Below are positions 46,961-60,665 of a DNA stretch of 64,000 nt, one piece after another (within the stretch, counting starts at the first letter, position 1; the number at the start of each line of letters is the position of its first letter). Where the stretch lies: positions 12,090,001 through 12,154,000 of the forward strand of contig NC_135667.1 in NCBI RefSeq assembly GCF_964188315.1, written 5' to 3'. The position numbers and the translations under genes are program-made. The notes below the pieces were generated by a model. That model made no database searches. It was not told where the DNA came from and was given only the letters and a program-made list of their open reading frames with translations. Source of the stretch: Podarcis muralis. Lineage: Eukaryota.

Positions 46961-49900
46961 CTGAAAAAGAGAAGCCAGATTTCTATATAGCATTTATGTG
47001 AAGTACCAAAATGGACAGATTTACTTAGAATGAAAGTTGCTATGCTGAAATCAGAAATGCAAGTTTGCAGTCTCCTCATGCAATGCTCCATGGGCCACAC
47101 GTCTTTGGAAGCCAAGTGGTATCACCTCACAAACACAGTGGTACCTCTGGTTACATACTTAATTCATTATGGAGGTTTGTTCTTAACCTGAATCTGTTTT
47201 TAACCTGAGGTACCACTTTATCTAATGGAGCCTCCCACTGCCAACGCGCGATTTCTGTTCTCATCCTGAAGCAAAGTTCTTAACCCGAGGTACTATTTCT
47301 GGATTGGTGGAGTCTGTAACCTGAAACATATGTAACCTGAAGTGCATGTAACCCAAAGTACTACTGTACAGTGGTGCCCCGCAAGACGAACGCCTCGCAA
47401 GATGGAAAACCCGCTAGACGAAAGGGTTTTCCGTTTTGGAGGCGCTTCGCAAAACGAATTTCCCTATGGGCTTCCTTCGCAAGACGAAAGCCCATAGGGA
47501 AATCTCCGGGACAGCGTGGAAGCACAGCGCGTCTTCCCCACTGTCCTCGGACCTCCTCCGAAGGCTGGCGGTGGGGCGGAGAGACCTCCTCCCGCTGCCA
47601 GGCTTCAGAAGGCTGCTCCGAAGCTAAAGAAGCTAAAGAAGCCCCCCGCGACCCTCTCCCGGCTGGAGAGGTGACGTGAGCCTATGGCAGGAGCCTCCAT
47701 AGGCACGTGTCACCTCTCCAGCCGGGAGAGCGCGCGCGGGGCTAAAGCAGCCTCCCGCTACCCTCTCCCAGGTGACGCGTGCCTATGGCAGGAGCCTCCA
47801 TAGGCGCGCGTCACCTCTCCAGCCGGGAGAGCGTGCGCGGGGCTAAAGCAGCCTCCCGCGACCCTCTCCCAGGTGACGCGCGCCTATGGTAGGAGCCTCC
47901 ATGGCCGAGCGTCACCTCTCCAGCCGGGAGAGTGCGCGCGGGGCTAAAGCAGCCCCCCGCGACCCTCTCCCAGGTGACGCGCGCCTATGGCAGGAGCCTC
48001 CATAGTCGAGCGTCACCTCTCCAGCCAGGAGAGCGCGCGCGGGGCTACAGCAGCCCCCCGCGACCCTCTCCCAGGTGACGCGCGCCTATGGCAGGAGCCT
48101 CCATAGCCGAGCGTCACCTCTCCAGCCGGGAGAGCGCGCGCGGGGCTAAAGCAGCCCCCCGCGACCCTCTCCCAGGTGACGCGCGCCTATGGCAGGAGCC
48201 TCCATAGCCGAGCGTCACCTCTCCAGCCGGGAGAGCGCGCGCGGGGCTAAAGCAGCCCCCCGCGACCCTCTCCCAGGTGACGCGTGCCTATGGCAGGAGC
48301 CTCCATAGCCGAGCGTCACCTCTCCAGCCGGGAGAGCGCACGTGGGGCTAAAGAAGCCATAGCCCCGTGACCCTCTCCCAGCTGGAGAAGTGACACGTGA
48401 CTATGGTAGCAGCCTCTGAAGGATGCTCCGAAGCCTGGCGGCGGGGCGGAGAGACCTTCTCCCCGCGCCAGCCTTCGGATGGCTGTCCTGAAGACTTGGG
48501 GTGGGAGAAGGGTTTTCCTTCCCACCGCCAACATTCAGAATGCTGTTCTGAATGTTGGCGGTGGGGAGGAAAAACCCTCCTCCCACCGCAAGCCCCGGGA
48601 ACAGAGGAAAAGCGCTGCGCGCCTTCCCCTCTGTTCCCGTACCTGTCCTGAAGGCTTGCGGTGGGGAGAAAAGCCCTTCTCCGCACCGCCAGTCTGGCAA
48701 GCGGTTTCCATAGGAACGCATTAATTGATTTTCAATGCATTCCTATGGGAAACCGTGCTTCGCAAGACGAAAAACTCGCAAGAAGAAAAAACTTGCGGAA
48801 CGAATTAATTTCATCTTGCGAGGCACCACTGTACTACCAAATTGAAAAGATCTGGGCCACACATGTCTTTGGAAGCCCAATAGTATCACCTTACAGGTAT
48901 TACCAATTTAAAAGGATCTGGATCATGTCTATTCCCTCTTTATGTTAATTCTGAATGTGTATTTTAACAATCATTTTCCCTATTTTTATTTCTGCATTAA
49001 TCTGGATATTCCAACTATAATACATATTTAAATGTAAGCAATGCTAGATTTAGATTGCTGAGAACTGTGTTGAACAACATTTAAGTGAAGGGTCAGTTGC
49101 AATGAATATAGATGTTCTAATCTGCACCTTCATCCAAGAAATGTGGTTTAGTTAATTTCCTACCAGAATCTGCAGATATTTAATTCCTCCAAATCTCTCA
49201 GCATCACTGCCTCCAGCAAGTTTCAATAAATTATTAGGATTGGTATTAGTTCTACCATGGTGGTAATTGAATCATTGTGTTGACTAGGAGAGCACTGAGA
49301 TCTGTAACAAAATTTTGTAGTGTTGGAATCCCACTGTTCAGTATTTTCCATTGCACTTCATCTCTTATCATATATTCTTTTCTGCCACAACACATCAGTC
49401 TCCATTCCATAGTCATTTAACACACCATGTATTCATTGAGGGGGGGTGCTGCTGCAAGCCTAGTGGTTCTTCCAAGCAAGCTTGTATATCTCCACCTAGT
49501 GTTTGAACTCTGATTTTTTCCCCCCTACATGATAACTGGCACTCTAAGTGCTGAGATTCCTATTAGTACTCCAAACCTCCATATCAGCAGCCCCAGTCAT
49601 CCTTAAATTCTGAGCATTTCCCTTGAACATGATTTCCCTTACCCGTCTGGTTGGAAATCTTTCCTTCCGGACATGGGAGGCAATCATAGCAGCAGAATGG
49701 CTCTCCTTCCTTCTTTGCCTTATGATATCCCAAACGGCAATGGTCATTACAAAGAGAAAGGGGCTGTGCCTGTCCACAAATGAAAGAGGATCATGGTTTC
49801 TCCTTTGGAAAATTCCATATCAATAGTGTTCTGTATTATGGAAATCTGCTGAGCTATCTCATACAGGCCAGCCAATGGAGGTCAGGAGCCAGAAAGCTAT

Positions 49901-52900
49901 TAAAGGTAAAGGTAAAGGTACCCCTGCCCGTCCGGGCCAGTCGTGACCGACTCTAGGGTTGCGTGCTCATCTCGCTCAAGAGGCCGGGAGCCGGCGCTGT
50001 CCGAAGACACTTCCGGGTCACGTGGCCAGCATGACGAAGCTGCTCTGGGGAGCCAGCACCAGCGCAGCACACAGAAACACCGTTTACCTTCCCGCTATAA
50101 AGTAGTCCCTATTTATCTACTTGTACTAATGGGTGCTTTCGAACTGCTAGGTTGGCAGGAGCTGGGACCAAATGAAGGGAGCTCACCCCGTTGCGGGGAT
50201 TCGAACCGCCGACCTTACGATCAGCAAGTCCTAGGCACTGAGGTTTTACCCACAGCGCCACCAAGAAAGCTATTAAAGACTAACATTTCATTAATCCAGT
50301 TACAGCCCCCTTTGGTTGGTCATTTCTGCACTACTTCACTTCATCATGCTATTTAAGTACGTCACATCTAGCTAGAGGAGCATGTTAGAAGAGGGAAGAT
50401 GAAGAAGAAATGACGAGAAACATATAACTTCACTTTCTTACCCTTTTCAAGGCTTATTGGCCTAGGGGTTAGAGATATGACCAGGCTTCTATCAAGATAC
50501 TTTTCAATGTGTGGAACATGAGGAGCCATAGACAATCATCACAGAGCCAGAATAGGATGAACTCAGGTAGGGAAAGATGGTGGCAGTTTATCTAAAGTCT
50601 CACTCCATCTGGCTAATACTCACAACTGGAGATGGCATTGAAACAGTTAATTATAATTAGATCTCATCTCATTGCAGAAATGATTGACTGTTTAATAAAT
50701 ATGAGGACTTTATTAAATTCCAGTCCTTGCATCTAATGTCATTCTGGAGCCCATGTGGAAATATATTGGGTTAATTTTAGGATTCCGCGATGGCAATACA
50801 TATGGAACAATGGCAATATCTCTGGAATGTCTGGACCCACTGCCAACACTGCTAAGAACAGCAGCATAGAAACTGGAACTCTGTACAGCACCTTGTTTTT
50901 TGAAACACATTAGCAGTAATTTGTATTATACTGTATGCTGTGGTCTAAAACACAGAGCCTAGGGCTTGCCAATCAGAAGGTCAGTGGTTCGAATCCCTGC
51001 GACAGAGTGAGCTCCTATTGCTCGGTCCTTGCTTCTGCCAACCTAGCAGTTCCAAAGTATGTCAAAGTACAAATAGATAATTAGGTACCGCTCCAGCAGG
51101 AAGGTAAACGACGTTTCCATGCGCTGCTCTGGTTCGCCAGAAGCGGCTTAGTCATGCTAGCCACATGACCCGGAAAAACTGTCTGTGAACGAACGCCGGC
51201 TCCCTCGGCCTGTAAAGCGAGATGAGCAACACAACCCCAGAGTCGTCCGCGACTGAACTTAACGGTAAGGGGTCCCTTTACCTTTTATCCTTCATAAGTG
51301 CACACTAAATTACAAAGTTTGAAGTCAAATGTATCCATATAACTTCAAAGGTTTCCAGGAGGAAGATCTTTGGTTAAAAAAATGGGTGACATAATCTACT
51401 TGTCACAATAGAGAAGCCCACTACACATACACTACAGGACGCGGGTGGCAGTGTGGGTTAAACCACAGAGCCTAGGACTTGCTGAACAGAAGGTCGGCAG
51501 TTCGAATCCCCACGATGGGTGAGCTTCCATTGCTCAATCCCTGCTCCTGCCAACCTAGCAGTTCGAAAGCATGTCAAAGTGCAAGTAGTTAAATAGGTAC
51601 CGCTCCAGAGGTTGGTAAATGGCGTTTCCGTGTGCTGCTCTGGTTCGCCAGAAGCAGCTTAGTCATGCTGGCCACATGACCCAGAAGCTGTACACTGGCT
51701 CCCTTGGCCAATAAAGCGAGAATGGACCTTACCTGGTGAAACCTGCTGGGCCACACAAGGTCTTTTTCACGAATACTGAGCGCTTCTCCTTGGGGAGCCA
51801 TGGGATCAACTTTCCCAACTTTGACTCTATGAAAAGATTGGTTTGGGAATGTGACCCAATTGACGATATCAAATACGGCCTCTATCTCTCCATATTCATT
51901 GAAAGAAACTTTTTCCCCAGCACTGTTGTTAAATGAGGTGCTGGTCACAAAGTAGTTGAGCTGAATTGGTGGGGGAAATGTGAGCAATTCATGAGGATGT
52001 AAAAGTATGATGAGCAATTTATTAAATCTGTTTATAGATTACCATAATAGTGTACTGTATAAGGAATTGCTATTCTTTTTCTGGTCCGCAGCTAGAAATA
52101 TAACACAACATTAGAAAACAGCTACTAACTGTTGTGGGTACTAATTAGTGGGATAACTAATTTTATCCCACTATGCTCTAGAAGCATGGTGGGATAAAAT
52201 ATGGAGTATTGCCCTGAGGGAGAAACTACAAAAGGATCTTAGAATTCTCAGACACACAAAGACCAAACATGTTTTGATATTATATATATTAATTTATGTA
52301 TTGTACACTGGAAAGGACAATATTGTCTTTTCATCAGCAGCTATACATGCTTGATTCTAAGACAATCTGTTAAGATGGAGAGTAGAAGATACCTAACTTT
52401 CTAATTGGCCTTAGAAAGCACTGCTAATAACAAGGCCAGTGGAAGTGATGATATTCCAGCTGAACTATTTAAAATTTTAAATGATGATGCTGTTAAGGTG
52501 CTACACTCAATATGCCAGCAAGTTTGGAAAACTCAGCAGTGGCCAGAGGATTGGAGAAGATCAGTCTACATCCCAATCCCAAAGAAGGGCAGTGCCAAAG
52601 AATGCTCCAACTACCGCACAATTGCACTCATTTCACACGCTAGCAAGGTTATGCTTAAAATTCTACAAGCCAGGTTTAAGCAGTATGTGGACCGAGAACT
52701 TCCAGAAGTGCAAACTGGATTTCGAAGGGGCAGAGGAACCAGCGACCAAATTGCAAACATGTGTTGGATTATGGAGAAAGCTAGAGAGTTCCAGAAAGGC
52801 ATCTACTTCTGCTTCATGGACTATGCAAAAGCCTTTGACTGTGTCGACCACAGCAAACTATGGCAAGTTCTTAAAGAAATGGGAGTACCTGATCACCTCA

Positions 52901-53383
52901 TCTGTCTCCTGAGAAATCTCTATGAGGGACAAGAAGCTACAGTTAGAACTGGATATGGAACAACCGATTGGTTCAAAATTGGGAAAGGAGTACGGCAAGG
53001 CTGTATATTGCATCCATTCTTAAGGAAATTAGCCCAGAGTGCTCACTGGAAGGACAGATCATGAAGCTGAGGCTCCAATACTTTGGCCACCTCATGAGAA
53101 GAGAAGACTCCCTGGAAAAGACCCTGATGTTGGGAAAGATTGAGGGCACAAGGAGAAGGGGACGACAGAGGACGAGATGGTTGGACAGTGTTCTCGAAGC
53201 TACAAACATGAGTCTGACCAAACTGCGGGAGGCAGTGGAAGACAGGAGTGCCTAGCGTGCTCTGGTCCATGGTGTCACAAAGAGTTGGACACGACTAAAC
53301 AACAAACAACTGAGGTAAGCATTTCTAAATCTGTTGATTGTTTTGTGTTGTTTGCCCTTTACAAAAAAAGCATATGGAAAATC

Positions 53384-53439
<56 letters not shown>

Positions 53440-56400
53440 GCCTAGCAAAAAAGTCATGTTGATGTTAAGTCTCAATAATCATAACTGTTAGTATGACAGC
53501 TGAGTGACATACTTCTATGTTTAATTCATTTTGTTGAAATGCTCAAAAGAATAAACATGCTGTCTAAACAATATCTTAGCATGATGTGTAAAAGACAGTA
53601 AAGTGAATGGCAGGTGCATTTCTTTGGGGAGGTATATTTAGGATTAAATTTCATATTATGACTTTGTAAGCACAAAATATGTCAACTTGACATGCTTATT
53701 CAAAGCGTATTCTAATGGTTAATGTTACTGGTTGGAAATAATAACAATAATCCAAAACTTTGACCAGTCATTAAACAAAAGGCATTATGAGTGACATATA
53801 CATCTATATCAAACCAAATGGGGAGCCACTCAGGAACAACAACAGGTCTGATTCAGCAGGGATCATTTTATGGTCTAAATTTCTTAGTATGCTGAAGATA
53901 TTACCTTCCACAGTTGTTGACTCAGAAGCTTCCATCTTCCTTCACCCACTCTGGCTCTATGGTTGAATCTCAATGAACTCATTGCATGCAAAGCGTGTGC
54001 CACAGTATAGACCGCATTGTAGATGCTGTAGCTGTGGCCGGTCATGGTCATTTCAAAAACTGATGCAGGAAGATTCTCCAGCTTCTCCTCCCCAGTGCAG
54101 ATTTTTGTATTCTCTCCATCTACCAGGGAAGGGCTGAAAGTACAAAGAAATGCTTCTTCCCAAAACTCCTGGAAAAGGTTATCTTTGTTTTCCAAAGTAG
54201 GTTTTATTATCTGAAGAAATTTCTGGAAACCTTCTATCTCATGGGAGTGAACAGATAAGTATATATTACCATGAAGAAAGTCCACGCGCCAGGTTCTCTG
54301 AAGGGGAACTGATGTGAAATCTATCTGGGATGTCATAATCCAGACTTTCCATTTTCCCTTTGTTGATTCATCCATAGTTTCTGAATACCTGGGAAATGTT
54401 CTCAAAACTACCATGGTATTAATTTCGCCATGAATGATCATTGCATTAACAGTGCTGTTGTAGATAAGATCATATGTTTTATACGCCTCTTGCGCCATAT
54501 CAAGAATACTGCTCGAAAAAGACATCATGGGTATTCTTAATATGAAATCAAAGCAAATACCTCTCTGGATAAACATGGGAACCACAGTGTGTTCAAACTT
54601 CTCTACATTGTCATCATGCCCAGATAGGACCCCAATCCACGTCCACCTGAAATACAGCAATAACTGGAGAATCCCTTTATACATATGGGCCACATCTGGA
54701 AACAACTGGTGGTATAGAACAGCATCTGCTTTCTTATTTATCAGTGGGGCAGAGCCATATATGAACTAAAGAAAAAGAAAATTATTTAAGCAAGGGGAAA
54801 TGGTATTGAAGAGGCTTGAACAAATTTTTGCAACAGTCACCAAAGAGGAGAAATACATTGAAACTGCAAAGGCAGAGCTACGTTGGCCAAGTGGGTGCCC
54901 TCGTGGAATATTGCAGTGGAGTGTTCACTAGCATACTTCACATAATGTCAGTTTAATTCATAGGTATTTGACACAATAATGAATAAGTGTTTTGGATGAT
55001 ACCTCCCATCAGTCCTAGTGAGCATAGACAATGATCAGGGATTATGACATTTGTGCTCTGCATTATTTGGAGGGCTCAGTCTTGGCTGTCCTTGTTTGTT
55101 CTAAGGAAATAAGACCTGAATTTAAAAATAATTGACATCTGTTGGTGTCTATGTAGTATATGTGTTTGACTTAGTGGGATATTGTTCATAACTTACATAT
55201 TTATCATACTTTGAGGACACCTTCTGGTTAATCCTACATTTCATAAAAGGGGTTAGCAAAGGTACATCAAGATAATGATACATTTTGGAGATGAGAGTAG
55301 TTTAGCAAAAGATTTTTCCCTCCCAGCTATTTCAACAAGTTTATATTTCGAAGCATTTGAGCTTCTTCACAACATCGCCACCCAAACATAGCATGCACAA
55401 TAATCCTAAAAAAGCATGTTGAATATGATACTTTGGAAACAAATTTTATCTTCAATGTGCAAAGCCACATTTAAAGGCAAGAGATGTGACAAATTGTGTC
55501 TCAAAAGCTTATCTGCCCCATGCACACGTTTTACCTGTGGAATCTTGTAGATGCACAGAATATCTGCCATGTAGAGAGAGACTTCAGAAGTAGGTCCACC
55601 AATGACTGCTACTGGATTGCTCACCCTATCACATTTGTAGTTGGGGATGAATTTGCCCTGTGTAGAGAAGAGTTCCAATGAGGCCTGATAGGTCCATCTT
55701 GGACTGAAATAACAATTATAGATATGGAATCCCAGTGTAATATTGGGTAAGAGGTGTGGATTTTCATTGATCTCTTTTGCAGCAAATATTGAGGCCAGGA
55801 AATGCTGGTATATTTGGATCATAGCCCTGTAATTAGAGTTACATGCTATGTAATGGTGTATTTGATTCAGATTGTGATATGTACTTCATTTCAGTTAGGT
55901 ACATGGAAAGTAAATATATGGCATTCAGTAATAGAAACATCGCAGAAGTATAATGAAATGTTGCCAGAGATTGGCATTCTTCATCTTTGTTTACCTGCAT
56001 AATTCTAATACAATTCTAGTAATGTTTTGAAATATTTGTTAATGTAAGGATGTATCTGAAATTATCCTTATCCCAATTTATTTTAGGATTGTAGCATTTC
56101 CATCAAGATTTTGTATATTTTAATTACTCTGCATTCTTTCCAAATTGGGACCAAGGCACCCAGTATGTAACATTTTCTCTTTATATTTATATTTTTAGGA
56201 TTGTGTATACATTACTGTGTTTAAACATGGCTTCCTGGTCCTTGATATTTTTGCATCTTTTCTGCTTTAATACATCAAAGCTAGGCATATGTGACATCAA
56301 AAGGATGGGTCAAATCTCTCACTCTCACTCTCCCTTTCTCTCTTACACACAAACACACAAAAACTGTATGGTGTTTTGTTTTTGTTGTCATTTTTTTAAA

Positions 56401-56920
56401 AAAAGATTAGTTGCAGGTCAGTAGAAGATAATAGATTGGATTTCAAATTTCCTGCAACGAGCATGTTTGGAGGAGATCTAAGGGAGCTTCCTCAGATACA
56501 AGTAAGCTCATTTGGAATCATATAAAAACCGCATTTTTAGACCATGAACTCTCGATTTTTGTTTTCTAGGACACCCAACCTGTTGCCCTGTTGTTGGACT
56601 ATAACTCACCAAACCATTGGTCATGCTGGTTTGGGCTGACAGGAATTGGAGTCCAACAACATATGCAGAAGCAGGAGATAAAGGAGGTAAAGGGACCCCT
56701 GACCTTTAGGTCCAGTCGTGGACGACTCTGGGGTTGCGGAACTCATCTCGCTTCTAGCAAACTAAGGAAGGTATGAGATAAGAAGAAGAAGAATTTAGAA
56801 CCAGAATTTCTCCATCTTAGAAGTCTTCAGGCTTGATTTAAACAATTGAATTTGGCAATATTTGGATAAACTTTCATCCATTTCATTAGATGCATAAAGA
56901 GTAATATTTGTTTGTCCATG

Positions 56921-56975
<55 letters not shown>

Positions 56976-57756
56976 CTCCGTACCTCCTGCTCTCTTTCTT
57001 TCACACATGAACACACAAAGTGCAGATATTAGTTAGATGAAAGGGAAGGGGTTACAGGCTGGGACAGCTCAGTCAGAGCTTACATGCCCAGTGACGTTTC
57101 ACAATGACAAGCAGTTACTGAAAACACAAAACTAATAGCACTGTTATTGTTCTGGAAGTATGCAATCCCTCTGTAAATAAATTGTAGACGTGTGGTTTAT
57201 GAGGAATAGGAGTTATAATTCAAAGGAAGAAATTTAGGTAGCTTACCAAAGATGATCTCCACCTCTCAGGTAACCCAAGGAAGTCAAAAGACATCCTTGC
57301 CCAAAAGCAAATAAATCATGCTGCATATGGCAAGGGAAAAGATGGCATTCAGTTTAAATGGAAAATATGTATTAAAGATAAATAATATGTAATTAATCTT
57401 TTCCCATCCACTGGAGCTACCATTTGACAGACAGGAGAAAAAACTGAGGCAAATGTATGCTATGCATTTTTTTAATCTAAGAAAACTTACATGGGTTCTT
57501 CAAATATGTCATTAGAGGGACATTCTTTAAATTCGATTGAATTGGAAAATCTGTATATATAAGACATAATGCCAGCAATGATTTGGTCTCCTGGCTGGTA
57601 ATACTTGTGAAGAATAGGAAGAGGGTCACGGCGGCTGCAGCTGATGTCAGGAATCTTAGACACCACCTGTGGCAAAAAAACTACTACCAAGACTACAAAT
57701 GCTACTAACTTGCATAAAAAAATTCTTTCTGCCCACCAGTACACCTGCCAACACAT
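46062..57756 (-). CDS. V2R-5, vomeronasal type-2 receptor, complete, about 890 aa
   Basis: Exons 57491-57756, 55535-55826, 53905-54765, 51733-51960, 49643-49769, 46062-46960; total 2673 bp, open, GT-AG; recent paralog of V2R-4. Confidence 0.95.
47136..47366. mobile_element. Tc1/mariner (pogo/Tigger-like) MITE, 231 bp
   Basis: TIR CAGTGGTACCTCTGGTTACAT vs CAGTAGTACTTTGGGTTACAT; TA on the right side. Confidence 0.8.
47369..48831. mobile_element. Non-autonomous Tc1/mariner-type element, 1463 bp, carrying a minisatellite
   Basis: 22-bp TIRs CAGTGGTGCCCCGCAAGACGAA / CAGTGGTGCCTCGCAAGATGAA, TA on both sides; absent in V2R-4. Confidence 0.88.
47641..48415. repeat. GC-rich 101-bp palindromic minisatellite, 7 units plus a partial unit
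   Basis: Unit starts at 47641, 47750, 47851, 47952, 48053, 48154, 48255; internal hairpin AGGTGACGC..CTATGG..CCATAG..GCGTCACCT. Confidence 0.93.
49643..49769 (-). CDS. V2R-5 exon 5
   Basis: [42 protein letters not shown], cag/gtaag. Confidence 0.93.
49906..50263 (-). mobile_element. Sauria-type SINE
   Basis: Reverse SINE with (AAAGGT)n tail, TSD AGAAAGCTATTAAAG; empty site in V2R-4 at about 35102. Confidence 0.92.
50936..51285 (+). mobile_element. Sauria-type SINE
   Basis: B box ggttcgaatcc, body matching the other copies, accttt tail. Confidence 0.9.
51436..51720 (+). mobile_element. Sauria-type SINE, 3'-truncated
   Basis: Intact head ggacgcgggtggc; ends abruptly at aataaagcgag beside the exon 4 donor region. 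Confidence 0.9.
51733..51960 (-). CDS. V2R-5 exon 4
   Basis: [10 protein letters not shown]...LVWPSRFHQ, cag/gtaag. Confidence 0.93.
52399..53310 (+). mobile_element. BovB/RTE LINE, 5'-truncated and internally deleted
   Basis: RT ORF 52405-53064 ([24 protein letters not shown]) joined directly to the 3' end ([10 protein letters not shown]) and a caa tail; absent in V2R-4. Confidence 0.93.
53384..53438. repeat. (AAGA)n microsatellite
   Basis: About 13-14 units. Confidence 0.95.
53905..54765 (-). CDS. V2R-5 exon 3
   Basis: ORF 53884-54705 extended to the tag acceptor, 861 bp. Confidence 0.94.
55535..55826 (-). CDS. V2R-5 exon 2
   Basis: ORF 55406-55822, 292 bp, cag/gtaaa. Confidence 0.93.
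56683..56752 (-). mobile_element. Sauria SINE 3' fragment
   Basis: ggtaaagggacccctgacc...gactctggggttgcg...ctcatctcgctt. Confidence 0.75.
56921..56974. repeat. (TTTC)n microsatellite
   Basis: About 13 units. Confidence 0.95.
57491..57756 (-). CDS. V2R-5 exon 1
   Basis: ORF 57487-57756, donor gtaag. Confidence 0.9.
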
Positions 57757-57926
57757 TATCCTTCTCTGAATCCTGACTTAAATGGCTCTCAATTCATCTA
57801 TGTCTCCAACTATGTCTCAGTCATCAGACTGACCCAGTGTGATTGTCTCCAGCCCCAGCCTGAAGTGATACTGGGGGTATTAAAAATCACATCCAGCCTT
57901 GTTGTTTAGTAGGAGGTTACCACAGT

Positions 57927-57979
57927 TCCCTTGGGACTTAAGAAGTAGAGTAATCCTTACTAATTGGATAATTACAGGG
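57927..57979. promoter_or_regulatory. Candidate V2R promoter module (V2R-5)
   Basis: TCCCTTGGGA at 57927-57936 and TAATTGGATAATTACAGGG at 57961-57979. Confidence 0.55.
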
Positions 57980-59766
57980 TAGCTAATCTTCTCTTTCTGT
58001 TTCTATGAGATATTGCAGAAGAAAACATATTTATCACATCTCAGCAGAAGTTGCCTCTAGTCCAACTCACTGTATTTGCTGGTGTCATGAAAGTTGCAAA
58101 TTTAAGTTAGTTCATAAATATACATATGCAAATTTCAGTGGTCACTGAGAAACAACTGAGTAGGGATGGATTGTCCATTCCTTTCCATTTTGCCTGTGCT
58201 GAAATCATAGGTCCATTATGTCAAAATAGATCATTGTTGAAAATCTGCAAAGGGCTAGGTAAAGGGGCAATTTTAATTACAAAAAATAAACAATGATTAT
58301 TCCAGTAGTGCTTTTTTTTGGAGGGGGGGCATTCACAACACTGAGAAAGACGTGTCCCACATCACCTCAGAATTAACTTCCTCCAACAGTGGTAAAGCAA
58401 AAAAGGTATCTTCCTGTCTTAACAGATTTATAAATGGAGTGGTGCTCCTTTAAGTGTTTGGCTTTCAAATCGCTATGGGTCTTATCTTCATATGCTAACA
58501 ACAATATCTTGAACTGTACTAGTAGTGAATATGCAGGTCTTTGAAAGAATAACACAAGAGGCTTGCTAGATACAATGTGCTTGTCAGCAGAATTAGGCTG
58601 CATGTGTATCTCATTAGTCTTTATGACATGGGAGTGTTAAAAGCATCACCAAAGCAAAGAGAATAGTTGTTACCTTTGAGAGTAATTGAAAACTTCAATC
58701 TGCATAGTGACATCTAGATAATCTTGGTGGATGTCACTCAGTTTTGAGATTTCCTGTCACAATACATTCTGTCTAACATTTTTCTTGGCTCTCAGTTCAG
58801 GGGTTAAGAATTCATAAAAAGGTGGTGAAAGATGTTGTACACTATGCATTTCAATATTGATTACATTAAAATTCCACCTGCAAGTCATGTGAAAGTATGT
58901 TTGAAATGTGTTTCAGGATTCATCTAATGCAGAAGACTAAGCATTTAGTGTGGTTATTCGAGGTTATGGCAAAATTTCATTCTATCAATTAATATTTTTA
59001 TTACTGTGATTTAATTAAACAGCAAAGGAGAATGGGGCAACTCAGCAACACAGTTTGTTGCATTGAAGAGGATGGAAAGTATAATGCTCATTAAGAAAAG
59101 GGCTAAATCTAAGATGCAGATCCACACATTATTCTGCTTAATTTCTTTCTAAGTAAACAGACAAAAAAGATGAGGATTTAGAATATATATTTATTGCCCT
59201 GATGGTAAAGAAAAGCAGTACAAACATGTGGCTGAGAATACAAGGTATTAAAAAGTCAGAGGGTGCTTGACCACTGCAAGTTGGTTCAGCAATGTTCTCT
59301 TCTCAAAGAGCATTCATGCCATAATTCTTATCTATTTAACATAGCACATTTTCACAGCAATTACAAAAGTAGTATTATGGAGCTGGCAATTTTATGGTGA
59401 CCTCTGATGGGGATAACGGGGAACTAGAGTTTACTAAAATGGCAATTTTTGCTGACATAAATTTCATGAGTTTACCAGCTCATATAACTAAGGAAGAGGC
59501 ATGAAATAGGTGTGTCCCTCCTGGCCTCACCCCATGCCGCCACACCCTGGAACACCCTTTTTAAGAGATGTACATTTCCTTACTTTGCATTTCATTTGGT
59601 GAGGAGAAATGAACAAGAATATACCACAGATTTGAAAAGGATTACTCCAATATGGCACTGACAGCTTAAATTACATTTGCATTTTGATGAAGAAAGGAAA
59701 AACACAAAAGTACAATAGACCACATTTCTAATTAAAATATGACATAGATGAAGGACTCAGAATTTG

Positions 59767-60665
59767 TCAATTCTTCCTTCTGAGTTGCTCCTTGCTATTC
59801 AACTCAGGCTTCACTACAATAATATAACATTTTGGTGTAAATATACAGCCTAGTAAACCAGCACTGGAGGCTAAGATGGAGAAGATCTCCACAGCCACCA
59901 TATATTTTCCTTTTGTGCTTAAGTAAGTTGGAACAAAGGACAGCCACACACTGCAAAATACCAGCATGCTGAAGGTGATAAACTTGGCTTCATTAAAGCT
60001 GTCAGGTAACTTCCTGGCTAGGAAGGCTACAGAGAAGCTGACAGTGGCCAGCAAGCCCATAAACCCCAAGACACAGTAGAACATGGTGACTGACCCTTCA
60101 TTACATTGCAGAACAATTTCTCTACTCACTGATTGCATGTCTAAAGCTGGGAATGGGGGAGAAGTTGTCAGCCACACAGTACAAAGAGCAGCTTGAATCA
60201 AGAAACAGGAAAGAACAATGAAGGTGGCCTGTTGTTTCCCCACCCATTTCCTCATGTTGGAACCTGGTTTGGTGACCATGAAAGCAAGGACCACAATGAT
60301 TGTCTTTGTCAACACACAAGAAACTGCCACTGAAAAGATGATGCCAAAAGCTGTTTGTCGAAGGAGACATGTCACTTTCTCAGGTCGACCGATGAATAGA
60401 AGAGCACAAAGGAAGGATAACAAGAGGGAGGTGAGGAGAGTATAGGAGAGGTTGCAGTTGTTGGCTTTGACTATGGGAGTGTCCCGGTGCTTAATGAAGA
60501 TCCAAAGCACCAAAGCGGCAAGGAAGGACAAGGAAAGAGAAAAACAGGCCAAAGATATCCCCAGTGGTTCCTCATAAGACAAGAATTGTATGTTCTTTGG
60601 CAGGCAAGAATCTTTTCCCACATTTGGGTAATGATCTGGTAGGCAATGAAAGCATTCATCCATGT
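59767..60665 (-). CDS. V2R-6 exon 6 (7TM)
   Basis: ORF 59767-60663, cag acceptor. Confidence 0.95.

Noticed and set aside
47641-48415. Regular repeat array resembling CRISPR
   Set aside because: Head-to-tail 101-bp units with no unique spacers, inside a TIR element in a vertebrate genome.
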